A stretch of DNA of 64,000 nucleotides from Octopus vulgaris (Eukaryota). The notes beneath the pieces were generated by a model. It worked only from the letters and a program-made list of their open reading frames with translations, did not search any database and was not told the DNA's origin. Of the stretch, positions 38,400 to 52,662 are shown piece by piece. The translations under genes were made by a program, and so were the position numbers. The stretch lies in contig OX597815.1 of the NCBI GenBank assembly GCA_951406725.2, positions 202,740,001 through 202,804,000 on the forward strand. Direction: 5' to 3'. Numbering within the stretch: the first letter of the stretch is position 1; every line of letters begins with the position of its first letter.

Positions 38400-40660
38400 T
38401 ATCCTTTAAAGAGAGGACAAGGCAAATGTGAAAGGCCAATTAGCACACGATACAATACACCTGTCTCTAAGCTAGTCAACAATATATGAGAAAGTGGGAC
38501 ATAATTGTCTCCAACTGGAACATCTGAGATGATTCGATCCTTGCTTTGTAATCACGTTTGCGGGACATTCGAAGCAAATAGTCACTGGAGAAATAACATT
38601 TAGCGATATGAGATCAAGTGGGATCACCAACGACATACAATTTTTCACGACTTCACAAAATCACAAAACAAGACCAGCAATCTGTCATGCAAATGGTGCT
38701 GAGAGGATAATCTTAAAACTAAGCAACTACATGTGACAATAAAGCATATATAAAAGCATTATGTACAGAAATTGCAAGAACAAATGATGTCGATTCTAGA
38801 GCGGCAACAAGCATCACAAAACTGGCGAGAAAAAGAAACTAGCAATAAACTACCAAGAAGTAGTGGTCCCCTCAAATCCCCTTGATTTATGAGACTGCGA
38901 TTCAGATGCAGACTGATGAGTATAAAAAAAAGTACTAAAATAGCCGTAAAATAAAAGTGAAAACTGATCCAACAGAAACACTTCAAAAATTCTTTTAAAA
39001 TACAAGCTGTGGTATACCTCAAGCATGGAAGAAACTCTGTCCTCAAATTCACAGCCATCAGGAAGAACAGCAAAGTTCTAATAAAATTCTAATGAACCTT
39101 AGTGAAGGAATATCCAGGTATCTTTGGAGAAGTACAAATCGGGAAATTGAGAAATAGTATGACGTTTATACAAGCTGGAAAGAACGATATGTGATACAAC
39201 TTCCGGTTAGTTTTCATAAACTTTATATGTCAATAACACAGACGACCTGATCTCTCACTTGCCCAACACAAGAACTCTAAATTGAAGATCTGGGGATTCA
39301 GTGCAATCAACAGCACAGAAAGTTAGTTTATTCCGTGCAAGGGGAATATTTCCATATTATACTACAGTTTCACGTTAACGTAAAATCTAGGGTCTTGTTT
39401 CTTTCCATCTGCCACTCAAAAAGATTATAATAAAGAAAGCACAACTGCCATAAAAAAAAAATCACCTAATAGTAAAAATTTATTAAGGAACATACAAGCG
39501 AGCTAATGACAAAATGAAAATGGTAACACTCCAACAGAAAAATGCGATATAAAAAAACAGCATACTTTAAAGTAACAACAACAACAGCATGTATACATGT
39601 CTTGCTTCTGGTGCAAACGCGAAGAATGATAAGATGTCTGTTGCTAACATCTTTTCTAGCAAAAACAAGATCTCGTGCGATTCATTTTGCTGAAATATCA
39701 AAATTCTGGAAAATTTTGTTCATCGGACTGGTACTATTAAGGATAAAATAACGTATCTATGTCTCACTTAGCACAAAGCAGGTTTTCTTCGTGCCACCCA
39801 AGGAAGAATAAGAAACAGTGCCTTCAGGTATATCAAGAGAACTAACTATCGTACACTGAGAAAAGAAGAGCATTTAACACAATATTATCATTGAAACAGA
39901 AAGTAATGTAAAAGCCTAAATAGTACGCGTTACACCTGGAATAAGTGGTACTACATTTAATAGGAAGAAGGACTACAAGGTTCACTATCAGAGATATTGC
40001 TGATGATGTCGACTTCTGGTTAGTAATTACCTTTGAGGCAAAATTTGGGCAGGTAGTTAATATTGAAAAAGCAGTTGGAAATTTGTGGTAAGGGAAGACC
40101 ACCATGAACATACAAGTCCTCTTGATCTGGCAGACCAGAAAATATAACTCGAATTTTGTTTCATAGGTAGAACTGAGAAGAAGACCTTAATTCTCAGCAT
40201 CCACGGTAGACCACCCAGCTCATACATATGTGACACTAAATCTATATAAAAGCTTCCTACACGCAAAGTAAAAAAGTATACATGAACCTGTCGTTCCCAA
40301 ACAAAACTAAAGAGATGGCAAGTGAAATCTTCATCGCCTCATCACCAGTATTATATCCTAGGACCAAAATATCTCGTCTTCTAGCTACAGACGGGGAAGA
40401 CAAGGAGTGTTAACCACAGCAATAACTGTTAACACAAAGCAACAAAGAAATCCTTCCTGGTGATGGAACCAGGTAGTTCAGTGGGGAACAACAGACTTCT
40501 TTCAAAAGAAAAACAAGAAAACGAAAACAAAATAAAAAACGCGTAGTGACGATAAAAATTGTGAGATAGAGGATACTTCCTGCGAAGAAAGAATTTCTTC
40601 TTAGAAGGAAGACCTCTCAAAACAAAAAAATGAACCAATAACTTGCGGGCAGAAATAGTC
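38400..40660 (+). mobile_element. Highly degenerate LINE, probably RTE clade
   Basis: Scattered motif ghosts in the expected order, e.g. DIADDVDF...FGQVVNIEK (YADD...GL.IN.EK) near 39993-40070; purine-rich coding-like bias; many stops. Confidence 0.4.
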
Positions 40661-40711
40661 CCCACCTTACCCCGATGTGATTAAAATGAAATTCGCAGTC
40701 ATTTTGGAATA

Positions 40712-41018
40712 CTTACTCTTTTACTCTTTTACTCTTTTACTTGTTTCAGTCATTCGACTGCGGCCATGCTGGAGCACCGCCTTTAGTCGAGCAAATCGAC
40801 CCCAGGACTTATTCTTTGTAAGCCCAGTACTTATTCTATCGGTCTCTTTTGCCAAACCACTAAGTGACGGGGACGTAAATACACCAGCATCGGTTGTCAA
40901 GCAATGCTAGGGGGACAAACACAGACACACAAACACACACACACATATACATATATATACATATACACAATAATTTCTTGTTAAGATTCCTTATTAAGAA
41001 GTTATCCTTAATTGTTAA

Positions 41019-41077
<59 letters not shown>

Positions 41078-41217
41078 TATGACGGGCTTCTTTCAGTTTC
41101 TGTCTACCAAATCCACTCACAAGGCAGTGGTTGGCCCAGGGCTATAGTAGAAGACACTTGCCCAAGGTGCCACGTAGTGGGACGGAACCCAGAACCATGT
41201 GGTTGGTTAGCAAGCTA
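40712..41217 (-). mobile_element. SINE family A with a ~55-bp foreign insert in its TA tract
   Basis: Family consensus; insert at about 40968-41022. Confidence 0.9.
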
Positions 41218-43089
41218 AGAAATAATTACACAAATTACGGATCGACAATGAAATGAGATCGCATTTTGAACAGCATGAAAAGGTCAGAATTATAATTCAA
41301 AGAAAGATTTTATAAAGTATTATATTTAACGGTCTGAAACATGAGTTTCCTCATATGCCCGGTATAACACAAGATCTTCTCACAAAAGAGTTTGGAATTT
41401 CCAGCCTTGAACAATAGAGGGACGTAGCAATATGCATATATTATTGGGTATGTGGAGGTACTTTGATCAATGTAGTTTAAATTTTTATATAAATATACAG
41501 TTGTTTTATCTTAAATTTTTAAAATAAATTTCTGATAAAATTTTTAGATTCCATTATCTTTAATTCGTTCATTTATATATTGTATAACGTCTTTCGTCCT
41601 TTTCTTTCCTTTGTATAACTTATCCATTCCCCCCAATACAACTGAGTAATCTTCTTGTTCAACGTTTCTCTGTATCTTTCAGTATCTCTTCGAGCCACTG
41701 CAGCAAATGATATAAAGTTCTTCTTCTTCTTCATCGTCGTCGTCGTCGTCACGTTGTTATCGTTGTTGTATTTCTTGCTAGATTGATAATTGCAAAGGAA
41801 GAAGAACAGCTGCTATCCTGCAATATTTCATTTCTCTATAGATTGTTCTCCTGTCATCCACCATCTGCTGAACATTAAACATTTCTAGTGTTGGAAGTTA
41901 AGCAGCTAAATATGTATATATAATCATATGTATTCGCACGACACAGATAGGCTGTAAATCATTTTAAACCATTTAGATATTGTCCATCGAAACAATAATC
42001 AGGTTCCATTAATATAGAAGCAAATTTCCATAACAATATTTCGCAAACAGAAATAAATGTTTCTTAGCTGTTAAGATGCATGTTAAATCATATATTTAAC
42101 TCTGGTCTGACGTCAGTATTTGAGTCGGATTATCAGCCGAATGTTGGAGAAACATGGCTTCATTAACGTTACGATACAACCAAAAAGAACCACAACAAGG
42201 CAAAATGCATGTTTTGCTTAGCTGTTGAACTGGATGTCATATTGGTCAGCATTACCTTTAAAGCAGCGACAATGACGACAGAGAAGAACCGACTTCTCTT
42301 AGTTCTTTGATCACAACTCAGATTATTTTCATGTTATGTGTTACACCAGGCTTGACTCGTTAGAAATTACAGCCAGATTTTTCATAAAACATGGCCTTCT
42401 CTTATAAAAGATTGGCACAGTTAAGAAAAAGAAAGAGAAGAGAATGCAGTGGATGTATCTTTGTTCATAACCTGGTTGATCTGAGCTGACATGGATTATA
42501 CAATAATAACAAGACATAAAATTCTGTATCTAGCATTCGACAAGGTAATAACGAAGAGAATAAACTACAGAAAACGAAAAATTAATATTGATCAGGAAAC
42601 ACAAATCTACAACATATTATATAATGTCAGACGTAGATAGCTTCATTAACAACTGTTACACCACCTCCAGTATTACAATAGTAACTTCGACTAATGTACC
42701 TGCATTCTAACAGAATTTAAACGTACTTATCGGACATTTCTAGAAGATGATACACTAGAAACCACTCAAATAAAGCCAAACCATAATTTTAAACTCTTCC
42801 TTCCAGCTGAGATATTACAAAACCTTAAAAACCCCTGATTCAATGACATCTTAAGTCAAATAAATAAATGAGTACAACATAGAGTCTGACAGAAAATTTA
42901 GCACCCACAGGAATGGTTTTCCTCTACTATTATCTTCAGTTATGCATATCAACACAGCCAACTCTTCAGGTCTTCAGGGAAGTTACGTCATCCAGACACA
43001 GTATTGTTCTATTTGCATATTGGATGGCTTCCCATGTCATACCTTTCCTTTCCTCAAAACACAAAACAGGCTTAAACTATTACATTAGA

Positions 43090-43141
43090 CTAACCCTAAC
43101 CCTAACCCTATCCCTAACCCTAACCCTAACCCTAACCCTAA
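43090..43141 (-). repeat. Interstitial telomeric repeat (TTAGGG)n, about 8 units
   Basis: (CCCTAA)n with one variant unit CCCTAT. Confidence 0.9.
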
Positions 43142-43272
43142 TTCTAGCACAAAGATACATCATGAAAACCTTAGCAATAAAATCTTTCCATAAAATCCTT
43201 TCACACGCTATATCTTAACTACAATTTGCAGCACCAAATCTTTCGATTCCATTAATCGCTATACACATATTT

Positions 43273-43656
43273 GTGGAGGCGCAATGACCCAGTGGTTAGG
43301 GCAGCGGACTCGCCGTCGTAGGATCGCGGTTTCGATTCCCAGACCGGGCGTTGTGAGTGTTTATTGAGCGAAAACACCTAAAAGCTCCACGAGGCTCCGG
43401 CAGGGGATGGTGGTGATCCCTGCTGAACTCTTTCACCACAACTTTCTCTCACTCTTACTTCCTGTTTCTGTTGTACCTGTATTTCAAAGGGCCGGCCTTG
43501 TCACTCTCTGTGTCACGCTGAATATCCCCGAGAACTGCGTTAAGGGTACACGTGTCTGTGGAGTGCTCAGCCACTTACACGTTAATTTCACGAGCAGGCT
43601 GTTCCGTTGATCGGATCAACCGGAACCCTCGTCGTCGTAACCGACGGAGTGCTTCC
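43273..43656 (+). mobile_element. SINE family C, TSD TACACATATTT
   Basis: Family consensus; 11-bp flanking direct repeats. Confidence 0.93.
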
Positions 43657-44230
43657 TTACACATATTTAGAAATTGCCCAAATCTTTCCCACGAAACAAC
43701 ACATAGAACTTGTTAGCAAATTATATGTTACGTCACCAAGTTTATACAGTGTACAAATATATATTTCCAGAATTTCCAATTGTGCGATTAGATTACCACA
43801 AATATTCGTCTGATCACTTATTCCTTTCAATATGTAACAACACAAACATACCACAAACAGAGATGGCAAAGAAATTAAATACAACGCTTCCACATATAGA
43901 AGATACAGAAAGGACCACAAAATGTTATACAAAAATACTTAGAACACTCAGTCCTACCTAATTTGGCCCACTGGCGTAAGCAAAAAAGATGTACAAGACA
44001 TATACTAAATCTATCATCGATTAAGCCTTCCAATAAGCACGGGCATATAAAAATAAGGAAGAGCGTGGATATATTGCTCACCCAAAGAACTACCATTTTA
44101 CCAAAAAAATAGCTCAATAGACTACAAAGAACTCAAAATAGCACATTGCGCATCGCCACACATTTTACTCGTGCACACAACCGACACAACGAAACAAAAG
44201 TTATGCAAAAAGTAAAAGAATTCTTTGGCT

Positions 44231-44634
44231 AGGCGCAGGAGTGGCTGTGTGGTAAGTAGCTTGCTTACCAACCACAAGGTTCCGGGTTCAGTCCCACTGC
44301 GTGGCATCTTGGGCAGGTGTCTTCTACTATAGCCTCGGGCCGACCAAAGTCTTGTGAGTGGATTTGGTAGACGGAAACTGAAAGAAGCCCGACGTATATA
44401 TGTATATATATATATGTGTGTGTATGTTTGTGTGTCTGTGTTTGTCCCCTATCATTGCTTGACAACCGATGCTGGTGTGTTTACGTCCTCGTCACTTAGC
44501 GGTTCGGCAAAAGAGACCGATAGAATAAGTACTGGGCTTACAAAGAATAAGTCCCAGGGTCGATTTGTTCGACTAAAGGCGGTGCTCCAGCATGGCCGCA
44601 GTCAAATGACTGAAACAAGTAAAAGTATAAAAGT
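44231..44634 (+). mobile_element. SINE family A
   Basis: AGGCGCAGGAGTGGCTGTGTGGTAAG...GAAACAAGTAAAAG. Confidence 0.93.
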
Positions 44635-45075
44635 GTGTAAAGTGTATACGCAAGGAGAACAGTTTGTTGCCGTACCAAACTTCGTCTATCACAGTGCAAA
44701 CCAATATATAGAAAATCACATCCAAACAGGCAGGCATTCACGCAACGCACATTAACACAACTAAAATATTGTTCTAAAAAGACTATCCCACCGATCAATT
44801 TCAAACAAATATAAAAGGAAAGAAACATAAAAAGGAATAATGTAGCATCATTAACTTCAAACACTGCACTGTATAGAGTCACAGCAGCCGTAGCTGTCTG
44901 ACTTAATCAACCTTGTATTCCTTCCCCGTCACCATCATAATGTACGGTTGTATAGGACTCCACTGAGCAGTGCAGAGAATGTACGAACGAAAAACGAAGA
45001 TAGACTGGACAGGAGTGAGGATATATGGGTATAGAAAAGAAAAAAGACTTAGGCAGTAGAGATAATATAGGGTAT

Positions 45076-45464
45076 GGATGGAAGCATTCCGTCGGTTACG
45101 ACGACGAGAGTTCCGGTTGATCCGATCAACGGAACAGCCTGCTCGTGAAATTAACGTGTAAGTGGCTGAGCACTCCACAGACACGTGTACCCTTAACATA
45201 GTTCTCGGGGATATTCAGCGTGACACAGAGAGTGACAAGGCCGGCCCTTTGAAATACAGGTACAACAGAAACAGGAAGTAAGAGTGAGAGAAAGTTGTGG
45301 TGAAAGAGTACAGCAGGGATCATCACCATTCCTGCCGGAGCCTCATGGAGCTTTAGGTGTTTTCGCTCAATAAACACTCACAACGCCCGGTCTGGGAATC
45401 GAAACCGCGATCCTATGACCGCGAGTCCGCTGCCCTAACCACTGGGCCATTGCGCCTCCACACA
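45076..45464 (-). mobile_element. SINE family C flanked by a 129-bp direct duplication
   Basis: Family consensus; 44947-45075 is repeated at 45465-45593. Confidence 0.93.
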
Positions 45465-45716
45465 GTTGTATAGGACTCCACTGAGCAGTGCAGAGAATGT
45501 ACGAACGAAAAACGAAGATAGATTGGACAGGAGTGAGGTATATATGGGTATGGAAAAGAAAAAGACTTAGGCAGTAGAGATAATATAGAGTATAATGAAA
45601 TAGAGTGAGCAGTAGAGAGAATGTACAAGCATGGCGAATACGCTGGACATCAGAAAGAACTTGCGGGCATAAGGAAATAATGAAGGGCGTAGATACATTG
45701 CCCACCCGAAGAAATA

Positions 45717-46925
45717 CGGGGATGAGTATAAGATTAATGAAATTTTTATCCTGAAACCTGTTTTTCAATGTAATTATTTGATATTTTGTACCGAGGTAAA
45801 AGCACTTTTGGTTTTTGATTATCTGATTTTTTAAATACAGATATGTGAATAAATGATCTGATGTGAAAATGGCTGACCAGCTGGAAGTCCGTCAGAAGCC
45901 AAAAGCTATAAGTTAGTTCCTTGTTGACGTAAAACTCCTGTAAACATCCACAAGCCACTGAAAAATTTTTACAAAGTAAAATCTTTAGACTACAGCAATA
46001 TGTGGAGATATGATCGCTGTATGAATGAGAATTCATCGGACTAAAAAGAATTTGGAAATTCAAACTTAGCAGCCACTTCTCGTAGTCGTCGCCCGGCAGC
46101 ATCTGTCAACCCTGCCAACAAGGAAAAAGGAGTCGCCTTAATTAGAGCTGATAGGTGTATAACCATTGATGAGCGTGGAGTTAACCATAGTGACGCACAT
46201 GACATTATTGAGTCACTTGGACATTCAAAGGATGTGCCTGCTAGGTAACAAAACGACCAGCAAATGAGCACAGGACTGAAAGAGGTAACTGTTGCACTGA
46301 ACTCTTTTCAAAAGCTCATAACCGAGTTGAAACTTGGATTGTGAAGTAAGAGCAGAAAGACAATCAATGGAATGGTGTCGTCCAAAGACAAGGCGGAAAA
46401 GTCAGCGGGAAAATTCATGTTGACTGTCTTCTGAGATACTCAAAGTGTTATTTTTGTCGATTTCGTGTCAAAGACTTAGAATAAGAATCCCTCGATTAAG
46501 AACAAGATTGGAGAGAAATAAAGTTCTTCAACACGACAACTCCAAGCCTTATCCAAATCTTAGAACAAAGGAGGCAATCAGCTCTTTCTGCTGGGCAACT
46601 CTGTTGCACTCGACCTGCTCATCTGACTTCAATCACTTTGTCCAATGAAAAAGGCACTGAAAGGCAAACATTATGGTTGTGATGAAAACGTGAAAACTGT
46701 TTTAAAAAATTAGCTACGTTAGCAGCCAGGTGAGTTTTACGAAGCTGGGATGCATGCCGCCATTCGTTGGTGCAATACTGCCACCGAAAGAAGTGGTGAT
46801 TGTGTTGAGAACTAGGGGTGCGAACCTTTGATATTTAGCTTATATTTTAACATAGGGTATGTTTGGTTGTGTTCCTTATTTTCTATGGACTAAAACAAGC
46901 TGTATTACTTTTTAACTCGCCCTTG
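45717..46925 (+). mobile_element. Degenerate mariner transposon (irritans-like), about 1.2 kb
   Basis: Motif remnants RSRRP, LIRADRCIT, RQSMEW, SAGKFMLTVF*D, VLQHDNSKP, MKKALKGKHY, SGDCVEN*. Degenerate TIRs TA|CGGGGATGAG... and ...TTACTTTTTAACTCGCCCTTG|TA. Confidence 0.8.
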
Positions 46926-47745
46926 TATATATCTGCACGTCCTTCACTTCATCTAGCGCACGATTTATCATTACATATCAAGATGTGCAGTATCTCTACT
47001 TAGTAGAGATATAGAATAACTGGGAAGATGGCTCTATGGGCTGCAGCTGGTGGTTCACATGGGAGAGCTACATATCCTGACTGTCAAATGGCATCCTATA
47101 AGATTCGTCACTCTATGTGGAAGTAAGAATTATGACCCTCAGCTAGACGAAAGAATATTATAATTGGAAGGAGAAATTATAAGTGCGTCACATCTAATTA
47201 TTCAAAAGCCGTCTATCATAAGACTGATTGATAAGAGGTGATATAGTGGGGGGAGGGGGATTTATAGGGGGTGTTATACAACAGCAACAACAGCATGAAT
47301 AATAGGGATGAGTGAAAGAATGAGAGAGAGCGGGGTAGAAAAAGCAGCTGTCTCTCCTTGAAATTACACTGTACTGTATTACAATAATGATTTCGGGATC
47401 AAAGAGAAAGTTTCGATGCGACCATTCCACCTGCTAAAAATATGAAATAATTCTTTCTAAAATGACATCCTCCTGTCTATTAAAAATACACAGTAAATAA
47501 AAAAGTTCTAAATACACTTTTCTTGAAAATAAGAGAGGATCATTACGGCAACAATGCTTTTAATCGTTGGCTTAATCGTTCAGGGATACATGACGAAAAC
47601 AAGAACAACACACTCTTAGAGAAGAGAGCTTGTTAAACAGACTTCCAGAAAGATTGGAAATGAAAACTAAGAAACCATTTACACCGTCTGCTTATAAAGA
47701 CGAAACACCTTCACACAGGATGTGTTAATGCGTTGGTGCCATCTT

Positions 47746-47962
47746 TGGCGGCGAGCTGACTGAGTCGTTAGCACGCCGGGCAAAATACTTAGGAGGTCTT
47801 TCGTCTGTCTTTATGTTCTCAGTTCCAATTCCAACGAGGTCGACTTTGCATTTCATCTTTTCGAGGTTGATAAAATAAGCACCAGTTGAGGACTGGGGTC
47901 GATGTAATCGACTTAATACTCTCTCGAACTTGCTGGCCTTGTGCCAAAATTTGAAACCAATA
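47746..47962 (+). mobile_element. SINE family B variant
   Basis: GGCGGCGAGCTGACTGAGTCGTTAGCACGCCGG...GGTCGACTTTGCATTTCATC. Confidence 0.82.
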
Positions 47963-48750
47963 GTTTGGAACAGTCTCATTGACCATCTGTCTAGCTTCAC
48001 CGAACTTGAAGAGTTGAGAGATATGGCGCCCCCACAGGAGTAAATAAGAGCATTATATAATTGACGAGTCGTTCCTAAGTAGAAATACTGTGATTAAATT
48101 ATCACACGTTTGCTATCTGCTAAAATTTATGCTCCACTGGGTTAACATAGTATAGGTAAGCCAACTGAAGAACCAATTGACACCTCGATGAAAGATTGCC
48201 TTTAATAAAAGAGAGATGTATTATCTACCAGATTCTGTTTCAGATACTCTAGTTCATTTCTTGATGTAAAGCAAATATGAAACCAACGCGACTTGAATGC
48301 AAATTACAGAGAGCTGGAATGAATGCTGAAAGGCCTTCTACCCAACTCTCTTATTATGATTCCGCCAACTGGAATATGAAGGGCTATATCGCTATAAATA
48401 TCTTACAAATCATAGGAAGGTTGACTTTGACTTTCACATACACTTTTCAAGAGACGATAAAATAAATACTTTCCACCCGAGGTTCATAAAATCCACAATG
48501 CACATTTTCTATATGTGCATGTTAGAAAATCAATTTATTATTGGTATTTAAAAAAACAACAACAACAAAATTTCATCCTGAAAATTAACGACGAGTACAG
48601 CAAGATAACTTGAAACTTAGAGGAAGGAAACTAAATATTACGTTTCAGTAAAGCCGGTGTTCCCCTCTATGCTGTATCTTTTCCACTATCGACTCCAATG
48701 AAATAATTTTTTTATACAATATCAAATAAATAAATAAAGAAAGAAAGAAT

Positions 48751-48916
48751 AGGCGTAGGAGTGGCTGTGTGGTAAGTAGCTTGTCTACCAACCACATGGT
48801 TCCGGGTTCAGTCCCACTGCGTGGCACCTTGGGCAAGTGTCTTCTACTATAGCCTCGAGCCGACCAAAGACTTGTGAGTGGATTTGGTAGACGGAAGCTG
48901 AAAGAAGCCCGTCGTA

Positions 48917-48974
<58 letters not shown>

Positions 48975-49197
48975 TGTGTGTGTTTGTGTGTCTGTGTTTG
49001 TCCCCTAGCATTGCTTGACAACCGATGCTGGTGTGTTTATGTCCCCGTTACTTAGCGGTTCGGCAAAAGAGACCGATAGAATAAGTACTGGTCTTACAAA
49101 AGAATAAGTCCCGGGGTCGAGTTGCTCGACTAAAGGCGGTGCTCCAGCATGGCCGCAGTCAAATGACTGAAACAAGTAAAAGAGTAAAAGAGTAAAG
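48751..49197 (+). mobile_element. SINE family A
   Basis: Family consensus with (GTAAAAGA)n tail. Confidence 0.93.
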
Positions 49198-49444
49198 TCA
49201 AGTAGTATATACCATCAGTGACTAGGTTAGAAATGCACGCGGAAACAATGAGACACTACATATTATAACTCAATACGATACAAAATGAAACAGAAATTAA
49301 TACAATAGCCTATATGCACCTGGAACGGATACTGTGACAGTCAGAATATCGAGGTTGATAAAATAAGTACCTGTTGAGGATTTATTTTCAGTTTGAAGAC
49401 AGGATATCAGTCAGGACTCTGAAATAACGAAACCTTGGTTTATT

Positions 49445-49675
49445 CTCTCTTTACTCTTTTTACTCTTTTATTTGTTTCAGTCATTTGACTGTGACGATGC
49501 TGGAACAACGCCTTTAGTCGAGCAAATCGACCCCAGGACTTATTCTTTGTAAGCCTAATAGTTATTCGATCGGTCTCTTTGCCCGAACCGCTAGGTTACG
49601 GGGACGTAAACACACCAGCATCGGTTGTAAAGCGATGTTAGGGAGACAAACACAGACACACAAACACATACACTA

Positions 49676-49744
<69 letters not shown>

Positions 49745-49948
49745 CTTTATTTAAAGCAGCAGAAAATTCAACAAAACCTGTTACTCTGAGTTTCCCGTTG
49801 CCAAAAACTGTCCGATGAACAGCAACGGAAAACTCAGAGTAACAGGTTTTGTTGAATTTTCTGCTGCTTTAAATAAAGCATATTACTCTACCACTGGTAT
49901 TTGAGTACTCTTTTTTCCACCTTGTTTCACATTTATGTGTTTACTCCG

Positions 49949-50000
<52 letters not shown>

Positions 50001-50120
50001 ACATATATACGGGCTTCTTTCAGTTTCCGTCTACCAAATCCACTCACAAGGCTTTGGTCGGCCCAAGGCCATAGAAGACACTTGCCCAAGGTGCCACGCA
50101 GTGGGACTGAACCCGGAACC
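49445..50120 (-). mobile_element. SINE family A hosting a palindromic Penelope-like insert (49742-49950)
   Basis: Family consensus split at its internal (CA)n(TA)n tract. Confidence 0.9.
49742..49950 (+). mobile_element. (TA)n-embedded Penelope-like terminus with 57-bp inverted arms and a hammerhead-like motif
   Basis: Arms 49745-49801 and 49822-49878; motif CTGT-CCGATGA-ACAGCAACGG-(G/A)AAA-CTCAGAG-TA-ACAG at 49808-49845. Confidence 0.6.
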
Positions 50121-50784
50121 ATGTGGTGCGTAAGCAAGCTACTTACCACACACCCACTCATATTCACTTTTTTTCTTCTTCTTTTTTGTAGTTTCTGCTC
50201 AAAACTGTGGTCATGCTGGGGCACCGCCATTAGAAATATTTGTTTATTTTTCTAATTGTTGCTTATTCTCATAAACAGGCAAAATCCTTCAAAGTGATAA
50301 TCTACACATCTAATGGAGATTAATCGTATCCACTCTTATCCATTTGCCCTACAGACACTACTACACACTAATTTCTGGAGGAGCAAACCAAACTAAATTC
50401 CTCAAATACCAAATGTTAACTGAAATACCCTTTCGGTATGGGAGAGAACTCGTGTAATTTGATACAGCTTATTTCCCTTATTTCAAAGCACTCCGTAATT
50501 TATCAATTTATAAATAAACACCAGTGCAAAACACTATTTTATAAGATAGAAAGACATCTATTTACTGCTACAATTCCTAAATCAGGTATGATATCATCAG
50601 TTGCTGACTCTTCCTCCTGTTACTGTTAATGTGGGTAACATGAGTTGTAATTATTTTATTAACTATAGAATGAGAACTTGGCGTTGGCATGAATTCAACC
50701 AGAAGGAGGTAAATTTATGCAGGTGCAAACGTATTTATGACACATACTGTGTAGTAGACGTAGATGCATGAACACATACAGAAC

Positions 50785-51180
<396 letters not shown>

Positions 51181-51308
51181 AGTGGTATATATGTCTCTAG
51201 TGGGGGGCATTTAGCGTTTTTTTATATTTTGTTAGGAATCACCAACTATTTAAATAATGCAATAGATTTAATTCTTTCTTCCTTTCTTTCTATATCTCTT
51301 TCACTCCA

Positions 51309-51360
<52 letters not shown>

Positions 51361-52107
51361 TCTCTTCCTCTCTCACATACACACACATACTTGCGCGCGC
51401 ACACACATACCCACCCTCTCTCTCGTTCTCTTTTTCTTATTTCAACTTTTTTGTAGCCAAACATTTATTTTCCCAGTAATCGTATGCTTTCAACACTGAT
51501 AAAGTCTCGTAACAATTTTTTTCTTTTCGAGGAAACATAGCTTATTTTATACAGCTTTACTTATACATTTCCTACAATACTCATCTTCCAGGTATTTTGG
51601 GTTACTTTTCGGATTGTTGAAAGCAGGATTATAAATTACAGATAAACACAACTTATGTTACATTGAGAGGAATGAGGCGCATTTTTAAAGCATTTTCTTC
51701 GTATCTCTTTATTCAAATTTGCGGTGAGTTAGTTGTTGGCTGTGAGGCATTCCTAGGAATTTTTACCATACCTTGGGATTCTTTTGATGCGTGTTACAAG
51801 TTTACAGTGCTTTATTTCCAACAGCATCTCATGGAGAATAATTTTATTTTGGAGGGTTAGACCTTACTCTTTCTATTTACCGCGATACTATCGGAATTTT
51901 TATCCATGAATAGGATTCAGGCTTCAGGAAAGTATTATGGGGCCATTAGTTTCATAAAATTGCTTTATCATAAAATATTGTCACGATGTCAAAGTTGACG
52001 AATTATTTTAAAGTTGTTATTTTCTTGTAAATATCTTAAAACTATTTGCATATTAGATATGAATATATGTCTTTTAAACAAAAAAATTCATAGAATTGTG
52101 CATATCC

Positions 52108-52242
52108 CTTTCTAATCTAGGCACAAAGTTCGAAATTTTGGGGGAGGGGGCCAGTCGATTAGAACGAACCCGGTACGCAATTGGTACTTAATTTATTGAC
52201 CCCGAAAAGATGAAAGACAAAGTCAATCTTGGCGGAATTTGA
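52108..52242 (-). mobile_element. SINE family B variant, 3' fragment
   Basis: Matches 11007-11140 (CTAGGCACAA...GAAATTTTGG...GGTACTTAATTTATTGACCCCGAAAAGATGAAAG). Confidence 0.75.
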
Positions 52243-52662
52243 GAATTGTTCATACTGTGGAATAGCGATTAAAGATCATTTACTTGCAAATAATTTTTAA
52301 AGCTTGGTCCACAATAAATAAGACGAATATGGTAGCTCAGTAATATTTTTTAAAATTAACAGATTAAGAACAAGCTGCCACCACCACTAATCCAGTCCCG
52401 AAAAGAAAATTTCTTTCATGGCCCTAATCAATGCTTCTAGCCAACGATCTGTGTTGCATCATTTAGATAATGAATCTCGTCAATATTTATATTCTTTCAT
52501 TCATTGCTGCAGTCCAATGTGCAGCTGCTCTTGTACGAAGTTTTACCGAACTATGCATATGGTGCTCCAACGCTGTGCTCTTTTCTATTTCCAAAATTCA
52601 TATTCCAAAATTCATATATATTATTTATGAGTTTATGATTTTCATTGTTATGCTTTTGCAAT

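Noticed and set aside
43273-43345. tRNA gene
   Set aside because: tRNA-like head of a SINE with a body and TSD; no proper acceptor stem or terminator
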